Shown here: positions 24,307-31,954 of the stretch, in pieces | Numbering within the stretch: the first letter of the stretch is position 1 | Layout of the letters: the number at the start of each line of letters is the position of its first letter | Source: Bugula neritina | Taxonomy: Eukaryota > Animalia > Bryozoa | NCBI GenBank assembly: GCA_964035545.1 | Contig: CAXIUT010000223.1 | Location: 21,449-53,402 of the forward strand | Length of the DNA stretch: 31,954 nucleotides | Reading direction: 5' to 3' | The notes under the pieces: generated by a model | Databases searched by the model: none | Told to the model about the DNA's origin: nothing | Seen by the model: only the letters and a program-made list of their open reading frames with translations | Position numbers and translations under genes: made by a program

Positions 24307-25454
24307 TCACTGTTCTTCACTTTCTGACTCTTAGCACTACTTATTATCATCTAGATCCTTGTTAGAACTCTCACTTTATTTGTATGAATGGCTTTCCTAA
24401 TCTTCGTCTTAATCATCACTAACTTCTTCTTGATTTATTTCTTTATTTTAACCATCAGGAGAACCATTCTAGTTGGCATTCATTGATTCTTTGTTATGAG
24501 ATTTATTACCAGAATTCAAATAAGGAATAGTATGGGAAATGGAATTTTTTAGATTTTAAATAAGAACAGTACCATCACCCTCAATTTATTGGTTGTAAAG
24601 CTGTTATGATACTATTTGTACTATTTATTCTTCACCCTTTATAAAAAAATATCTAACCTGATGCCTGAAACTTTATCCTTTCTGTGAAGAAGAAAAATTA
24701 TTCCTTCTGTTTCTTCTTTAACCATCTTCTTCTTCTTCTTCTTCTTCTTCTTCTTCTTGTGTTCTGCATTCCAATAACCTTGGTAGCTATCAAAAGGTAA
24801 AGTTGAATTCGAAAATTATGAATTCGATTAATTCTCTTATTATTTCTGTGATATTTCATAACTTGCATGATAACTTTGTCCTTCTCCAGGATTTTAGTCA
24901 TAAGTTTTCAATTCTATTTTATTTCTTTATCTTTTTAGCTTATTTTTTTTGAGATAATTGCTTTCTGTCTCATTCTTTTACTCCATTTTCTCATTTTTTT
25001 CAAGAAAATCATCTTTTTTCTATTCATCTTTCTCCTATCTTTTATGTTCGAATCTACAGCTCTTATCGAAATAAACTTTATCTGCTATTTTATTCTGTTT
25101 TTTTTATTCTTCTTAGATTTTCTCTCTCTCACTATTTTCATTTTAAAGACTTGAACAAAAGATCCAATTCTTTTTATTATCTGGAGCTTTTTCTTCTTTT
25201 TACTCCTAATTTTTTCTCTTTTATTCTTTTTTATCCGTTTTGTCCTTTTTTTCCTTTTATTCTTCATCTTTTGCTTTTTGTCTGAGCATCCCTTTTTCTT
25301 GTTATCTGAGAATCTCTGCTTGTTTTTTCCTGAGAACATCTGCTTCTTGTTATGAGGAAATCTATTCTTTGAGATCTTCAGCCGAATAAGTCTATTTTAG
25401 TTTTCCATCTTTGCATTTTGAGAACTGGGGGTCGCCTTGGAAGTTTTTATCCAT
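24307..25454 (-). CDS. Glu/Lys-rich low-complexity coiled-coil protein
   Basis: ATG 25454 (MDKNFQGDPQFSK...). Acidic tracts mix GAA, TAA and TAG (e.g. SDD*DED*ES), plus a poly-Glu run. The 3' end could extend to about 24222 if an indel is present. Confidence 0.6.
24726..24758. repeat. (CTT)11 microsatellite, read as a poly-Glu (GAA) tract on the minus strand
   Basis: Read directly from the sequence. The ORF track's poly-Arg is the wrong frame. Confidence 0.9.
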
Positions 25455-25535
25455 AATCTCTTTTAATGTAAAGTACAATCAAAATTCTCATATAATATCT
25501 AGAATGATTTATCACAATAAAAAAGTTTAACATAA

Positions 25536-27670
25536 TCAAAGAAAGATCTGTCTGCCTTTACAAAGCACATTAATATCATTTTTAGTACTCTTTTCCTAAT
25601 TTCTAATTGTCTTCTTAAAAAATTTCTCAGCACTAGTCCGTCTAAACTTATTCCTTTCTGCCTTGATATTCATCTTTGAAGATTATCTCTGATTATTGAT
25701 TTATATTTTATTCCCTCTAATTCCTTTGTTTACCTCTAAAGCTGGAGGCTCAGAAGTCACTCCTCTCAAACTTTGCTCAGCCACCTTCTGAACTCGTCTA
25801 AACTGAGCACAATTTTGTCCATTCATTAGCCCTTTGTTCTTTTATATTCGACGATTGTTGTTGGTAAGACTAGTAAAGTTCCTGTCATTTTTGGATTTAG
25901 GAGGTTTTTGATAATCTGACTGCTTTGATAGACTATGAACTCTTTGATTTTTAAAGGATATTTTGTTGTGAAAATTTGATGTTATAATTTGAGTTGGAGC
26001 CTATAACAAATACATTGATAATTCTCTCTATTTTTAAACATTATCTTCAGTATGAATAATAGCTGCTTCTGATTTTTGTTTCAAATTAGAAAACCCTTTT
26101 GATCCTTTAGCTGTATAAGCAGGTAAGTTAACTTTTATTTTTTCTTGTTTATTTTTGATTGTTTTTGATATATTTTAACCTTTTTCAGGCTAGCTATCAG
26201 AACCACTATCAGAATCATTTCCAACTTTAAGTAAAAACTAACTTTCAGCTAATTAATTAAATATTTTTTCTTTGAAATCGACTAATTTAGTTGATAGTTG
26301 TCTTCCATTTTAGACAGGTTAGTAGAAGTAAGTGCTGATACCTAGACATAGCTTTTTACCAACTTTTTAATAATCTTCAACAGTAAAATTATATCCATTG
26401 ATAGGTCCACAAAAAGAAGCTTCTAATGTAAATATTTAATTGATTCTAAATTATTTATAAAGAGCAACTCTAGCTGTTCCTTCCTTATTTTTCTAAATGT
26501 TAAAAGAACAATCAATATAACTATAAGCATTATGTATTTTGCTCATCAAATAAGGAAAAGATTTAGCTTTAGCTGTCTATACTTGATTTTTTTAATAACA
26601 GCCATAAAAAAATACATTTTTCTTTCTTGAATGACCATGTACATCAATAAACATTGATAACTTTCGACTTTTGCTTTATCTTCTTATCATTTATTTCAAA
26701 CGATAGATCTAAGGATGATGCTTTTATGAAGGATCTTTCCATTTTCTGTTAAGATCAACTCCTGCAGCTGAAAAACGATAGTTTCCACGACTGACTCCAT
26801 CTACGTTGACCATCGGCACTACTTTTATCAAAAATCTTTACCTCAAATAACATGCATGTTACAATTAACAAAGAAGTTCTTTAATAAATCCTTAAATAAT
26901 AAATGAAGATCCTGTTTATCCTGGATGAGTTCTAGCAGAAATAACAATAAATTCTTTTGAATTGATATTACCAAAAGTAAAAATAGGTATTTTTCTACCT
27001 TAATAACTCACTCCTAAGATAGTTGGTTTTACTTGAGTTTGTATCTAAGTGATAAAGCTATTAAGTTTTTAGAGTGTATAAGGAAAAGAGTAAGCAAATT
27101 ACACTGAAGAATATTAATTAGTTTTAAAGAAAAAACTAAATTTCAGGCAATAAGTTTCTTATTATCCTTAGCTATAACTCTAATAACTGATATGAGTACC
27201 TCCCCTTCTCCACTTACTATCTTTCTGATCTCGATAGCACACTTTCATGCCCTGACTGAACAAACTACTTCGTTTATTGAACCCTTTGATGAGAAAATTG
27301 GCTTATCCTTTGATTCCTTAAGCTACAAAATAAAACCAACTGTTATTTCTTAGTGAATTTATTTATTGATCTAACGTTATTTTATACGAATTGTTGCCAA
27401 TGATATCAACACTGCCTATATTACCAGATTAGAAATTGGATCTGAAAAGTGCGTTTCCTATTTTGATGATTTTGCCATGATTGCATGTAAGTTGTTTGCT
27501 ATTGATATTGAAAGATTATGGTTAGGTGTAGGTGGGTAACACTACTAATCCTAATTTATGTTTTTATGAGATATATTTGCTTCTGGGGTTGGTTTTGCGA
27601 TTGACTTCCACTAGCTATACTTGATTAGTTATTGTATACACTTAGGGTATTTATAGCTAAAATTATCCAT
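25536..27670 (-). CDS. Cytosolic carboxypeptidase (CCP/AGBL/Nna1, M14; tubulin deglutamylase family)
   Basis: FRSNF*SGN, WFYF, FAYSFPYT, SARTHPG*, VPMVNVDGVSRGNYR...GVDLNRKW, DVHGHSRK, KEGTARV and FTLEASF. Confidence 0.95.
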
Positions 27671-27786
27671 CGCTTTGAGGGTCTTTCTATAAGTAACTAT
27701 GCATTTGGTTGTTTTATAATATTTATTATCTATGTTAATAATTGTACTATGATCAAAGTTATAAGTATTTATATGATTATAGATGA

Positions 27787-28720
27787 TCAGAAGATTAGAT
27801 TGTTCATGAGAGAGCCTAAACAAAAACTGCCTATTATCATCAGTAGCAACATAGGAAATGGATAAATTGAATTTGATTCTCCTTGATTTGCCTTCAAGTT
27901 GTTTATTGTTGCCTTCTCTTTCCTTATTTTATCGTCCAATTCTGCTAATATAGCCTTCTACTCGCTTCTATCTCTACTATCTTTGACAGGTTCAGTCATC
28001 GAATGGAAAAGATTCATGTTATTTTTATCTTTTACTGATGTATTTGTTATGTTGATCGAGTTGTAACTCTACTACAGGTCGATTGTTTTAGTTTACTATG
28101 CAGGTATTGTTTTGATTTATGTGGATTATACTTTCATAAAGGTAGTAGGTGATTAAATTTATTTATTTATAGGACTTTTCTAGATTTATTTTTATACTAT
28201 TTAATCTTTTTTTTGCCATTTCTTTGATTCTACTTAAACTTTAGGCATTGAGTTAGTTAGGGTTTAATCTTTGACGGGTGTATATGTAATTTCTTATTTT
28301 TATTATTTAATTTTAGGACTCATGATAACAAGTTCTGGATCATACTTTTTAACAGTAACAACTGTTTTGAAGATAGAATCTTTAGTATGTGAAGTCATTT
28401 TAGAATCTTTGTTTCTTATATCTTACTAGCTAGCTATTCCATAGTTAAACTACAATTTGAGTGGAGTAGTTTCTGATGGTTTATCTGTCAATTTGATAGC
28501 TATTTCTCTAACAGATTAGGGCAAGATGAAATCATGAGTGGTTTGTAAGGAGACAACTGTTTTTTGATTAGTTTTTATCTTTAATTAAAATAAGTAATAC
28601 TTTGAAGACATAGGTATGTGGTGATTTGTTGGTGAGTTTAAGTGATTTGTTGAAACTTTATTGTTTTGTTGAGTATGTTATGTCTGTGTCGATTTAGATA
28701 TCTTGGGCGGATCCTTTCAT
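27787..28720 (-). CDS. VAP/Scs2-like protein (MSP domain, coiled coil, C-terminal TM)
   Basis: LKLTNKSPHTYVFK|IKTN...DFILP*SVREIAI matches the MSP pattern. Followed by a low-complexity linker, a coiled coil and a hydrophobic tail ending GSFCLGSLMNNLIF-TGA. Confidence 0.75.
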
Positions 28721-28799
28721 TTATAAGCAATAAAATATGATTATAACTATAAAATATGGTCAATATTAATATATTGATTATGCTATTTGAAATAATATA

Positions 28800-30093
28800 T
28801 CAATATTATTTTGAACCAATTGGTTGGATCTATTCTAATTCGACTTATTTCTTTTTTTATTTGTTTTGTTTTATTTGTCCAAATAGTCTGCTTAAATTGA
28901 TTTTTATTTGAATAAAATATTTTGAAATGGATTCATAGTACTTGTAGAACATACCAAGAGAGATGATAGCATTGAAGTAGATTAAAGCTATTTGCCAATT
29001 ACTGATATCCATTTTGAGTAAAGATAGCTATTTGAATTTATAGGGACAATCTTCAGGTGTAACTATTGCCATATATTGCATAGAATGAGTCAATACCAAG
29101 AGTAAAACTATAGTTATTTCTCTGAAAATCAATAGATTACTATTCAACTTTTTATATTATTAAAATTACTGTTTAATATTGTGGATATTGTTGATAGTAA
29201 AGATAACTAAAGGAATGATATCAAAGGAATAAAAAGACATTGCTGCTACTATTACATTGATGCATAGATTATATTTAGAATTATGCATATTATTCCAAAT
29301 AAGCAGATATCCAATAAATAAAATGAGCATAATAACGATACTTATTGTTGTGCTCCTCTATACTAGTAACAAGACAGTATGATCCTGAGATTTACCGATC
29401 TAGTAACTAAATAGTTTAACCTACATCTAGCAATATATCAAAAGCAAAATCAAAAGGTTAAAAAATGCTCCTTACTAAGATCTAATAAGATTGACTACGA
29501 ACAGCAATTGACTAACACCACATAAAGTTAATAAGATACAAACCGTCCATCTCATTACCACCAAATCTTTTAGATATTTACTGAGTTCAAATGGTTTTAA
29601 ATCGATATGCATTTCGATTTATTTGGATTTTAAGTGAATAGATTTTTCCTTTGTGTAATTCAAAAAATAGTCTATTTCTGACAACACAGTTTTTGATTAC
29701 TTTTTAGTTCTATCATTTAGATCTATTTCTTCTAATTTGATTATTAGTTTATTTTTATTTCCAAAAAAAAGTTGAGCCATCAGCATTTGAACTACTATAA
29801 AATGGTTCTTAGAATTTGAATTACAATACCAAACGTTGAGTGTACTTTGATTCGGTGTTATCGAATATGGTTAAATTTAGTTTGTTTGAATCGTCAGTGA
29901 AACTTCCTAATTCACTGATGTTTCTACCTCCATGGCTTTATTTGAAGAAGTTGTTCAACATTTTGGTTTAGTTGTGAATCTAAGTTGATGCAAAAACTGT
30001 CTTGTTCCAAGTTAAAGTAAAAGAATTGCTTTTGATCGAAATCAAAATGAGTGAAAGATAGACTAACTGAGTCAATGAGTTTTTAAAGGTCAT
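28800..30093 (-). CDS. Signal peptide, lumenal domain and multipass membrane protein of unknown function
   Basis: MTFKNSLTQLVYLSLILISIKS... followed by several hydrophobic segments at about 28950-29560. One extra base in the A8 run at 29763-29770 must be removed to keep the frame. Confidence 0.6.
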
Positions 30094-30138
30094 AATATAT
30101 ATATATTTAATCTTAAATTAACTTGATTTTTAGATTTA

Positions 30139-30550
30139 TCAAAAGATTCTTTGGAAATACGAACCTATTGCAGGTAATATATTTTGAGAATAACTTTTGA
30201 TCATTTAAATCCATCCTTTACTTTCTACGATAACTTCTTCCATCACCTCAACCAATTCTTCCTCTTCTTTTATAAACTTCTTCAAATAAGCTGGTTGGAT
30301 TAGTCTATCCCGATAAAGTATTTTTCTGATTCTTCTTCTACAAACTGGACAGGTTCCTTTTTTCTATTTTTGATGAGAAGTACCTTAGCCCACTGTGAAA
30401 GACAGGTATGACAGAAACGATGAGAACATTCATCAGGTTTTGACTAAATAGTGATAGAAATACTTTTAGTGGTCTTAGCATGCATATTTGACAAACATTT
30501 TCCGATTCAGACTATTTTTTAATCTGGCGGGTTTTGTTCCTTTTTGACAT
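30139..30550 (-). CDS. Small C3HC4 RING-finger protein
   Basis: CQICM...ECSHRFCHTCLSQWAK|KKGTCPVCR after removing two 20-nt introns (30454-30473, 30364-30383). Confidence 0.9.
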
Positions 30551-30676
30551 CAAGTATTAATTATAACTAAAAATCAAAACTAAATTATTATTATAACCCT
30601 CATCATCAATATATATTAAATGAAGTTATTATCTAACATCCATTTTTCAATCATTTAAATCTTTATAAATATAAAA

Positions 30677-30984
30677 ATGCAACAAACAATAACAATAAAA
30701 GTAGATTTCGGTGGCGGTCTTGATCTAGTATTCGACAACATCCGCTAGCTCACCCTACAACTACCTACCCCAGCAACCATTCAAGGTGTTATTTAAGAAT
30801 TGGCCAATAAGTATGCCAATAGCAAGAAGTAAATGTTTGCAGTTAACAATAAGATGTAATGATGGTATTATTTAGGTTGCCAGGGATATTAGTGTTGGTA
30901 AATGATGCTGATTGGGAGTTGCTGTAGAAAGAAGAGACGTAGTTGTAAAACAAAGATAAAGTTAGCTTTATATCTACTTTGCAT
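30677..30984 (+). CDS. URM1: Ubiquitin-related modifier 1; the terminal GG and stop are missing in this sequence
   Basis: KVDFGGGLDLVF...LPGILVLVNDADWELL...VSFISTLH, with a 20-nt intron at 30856-30875. After LH the sequence is ATATTATAT..., with no GG-TGA. Confidence 0.88.
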
Positions 30985-31099
30985 ATATTATATTATCACT
31001 AACAATAAAATAAAATTGTCTAAATTAACCAGAATATTTCTATATAGGACCAAATACAAAAGATAAAATTATTATTAAGTTAAATAAGTAGAGATAACA

Positions 31100-31834
31100 T
31101 CATTTCAATTCTAATAATAAATTCATATTTTTCATTATTTCATCTCTATTCACTATAAGGAGTACTCTGTGATAAGCCAATATCTCCAACTCAGAACTCT
31201 TCTCTTTTGATTGATTTTTACTCTTCTACTCTGCCTATTTTACTATTTTTTTCATAAAAATCATTCCATCACGACTGGAAAGACTTTTTGAGACTGTTTC
31301 TTCAATATTTCGAATGAATCTCTGCATCTATCGTTTTTATTCTTCATTATCGAACTTATTCACTTTCCTTAAGTAGAAAATTAATTTTTAAAGATTTATG
31401 AGGTTATTATTATTGATCAGACTGAAAATTCCTTGTTTTAGTTCAATATAAACTTTGCATCCTCGAATCAAAGCCAAATATTATTCTTTTAATTAAGATG
31501 AATAATTTTTAACATTATTTAATCCTAAATCTTTGATTTTCTTTTCTATTTTCTATAACAACTGATAGTATTTGATCTTTTTTTATTTTTTATAGTTACA
31601 AGCTATTCTAAAACTCATCAAAATTTAAAGCAAAAGATCTAATATTTCTTTGAAATCAATTATTGAAGAGTTATAGATATCTTCATAGCTTATAATAAAG
31701 TATTCCAAATATTAAAAATATTTTTTATCTTTTTTCATTTATAACAACTTACAATAAATGACCCAAGAGTTGAGAACTTTTACGTATTCTAAATTCATAG
31801 AGGAAGATAACTGATTGACAATATCATGTCTCAT
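31100..31834 (-). CDS. Hypothetical helical protein, 244 aa
   Basis: Uninterrupted 735-nt ATG..TGA frame under TAR=E (MRHDIVNQLSSSMNLEYVK...NLLLELK). The ATG is 43 bp from the telomere. Confidence 0.7.
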
Positions 31835-31877
31835 TTATTTTTATAACTTTTAATCTTTTGATATAAACTTATTTTAT

Positions 31878-31954
31878 TTGGGGTTGGGGTTGGGGTTGGG
31901 GTTGGGGTTGGGGTTGGGGTTGGGGTTGGGGTTGGGGTTGGGGTTGGGGTTGGG
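31878..31954 (-). repeat. Right telomere, (TTGGGG)n
   Basis: 77 nt of perfect T2G4 ending ...TTGGG. Confidence 0.98.

Noticed and set aside
4546-27865. Many ORF-track entries, e.g. 4546-4803, 4995-5201, 7788-7985, 8580-8807, 16801-17031, 17048-17320, 20207-20401, 21420-21731, 22523-22747, 24698-24901, 25085-25339 and 27632-27865
   Set aside because: They are wrong-strand or wrong-frame shadows produced by applying the standard code. The real genes use TAR as sense codons and contain 20-nt introns.
480-29770. Programmed ribosomal frameshifting (Euplotes-like) at frame breaks near 480, 610, 1335, 13860, 17040 and 29765
   Set aside because: The breaks go in both directions, mostly sit in homopolymer or dinucleotide runs and share no motif. 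The left telomere also shows indels. Long-read sequencing error is the simpler explanation.
28717-30093. Bacterial-style ATGA stop/start overlaps between neighbouring genes
   Set aside because: Careful frame tracing puts the stops at 28800-28802 and 30139-30141, so the genes do not overlap.
31146-31165. 20-nt GT..AG candidate intron followed by an in-frame TGA (apparent readthrough)
   Set aside because: It lacks the -6 A found in the supported introns, and the unspliced frame ends normally at TGA 31100-31102.
1-31954. CRISPR arrays, transposons, tRNA/rRNA genes and telomerase RNA
   Set aside because: None is recognisable. The only tandem repeats are the telomeres and a coding trinucleotide run, and I saw no CAACCCCAA template outside the telomeres.

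Overview
This window is AT-rich ciliate macronuclear (somatic) DNA, not prokaryotic. C4A2/T2G4 telomere tracts lie at both ends (1-92, 31878-31954) and internally (13568-13642). The window therefore reads as a 13.5-kb piece carrying about 13 genes, cut off inside an importin-alpha gene, joined to a complete 18.4-kb telomere-to-telomere chromosome carrying about 16 genes. The supplied standard-code ORF track is largely misleading. TGA is the only stop. TAA encodes Glu (in-frame at GESYGG, HPGE, FESGN and TTxE motifs) and TAG most likely does too. That is the peritrich code (NCBI table 30), so a peritrich oligohymenophorean is the likely source, by inference. Most genes are separated by only about 40-200 bp. 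Introns are tiny, mostly exactly 20 nt, with an invariant A six bases from the 3' end. Recognisable genes: HECT E3 ligase, cyclin, tandem-PX protein, RPL27, RPL35, importin-alpha, RPB5, TBC RabGAP, mitochondrial ACP-like protein, DHHC palmitoyltransferase, PWP1, S10 serine carboxypeptidase, MFS sugar porter, cytosolic carboxypeptidase, VAP-like protein, RING protein and URM1. Several small frameshifts fall in homopolymers and look like sequencing errors. All translations and family assignments were done by eye from remembered motifs, with no database search.
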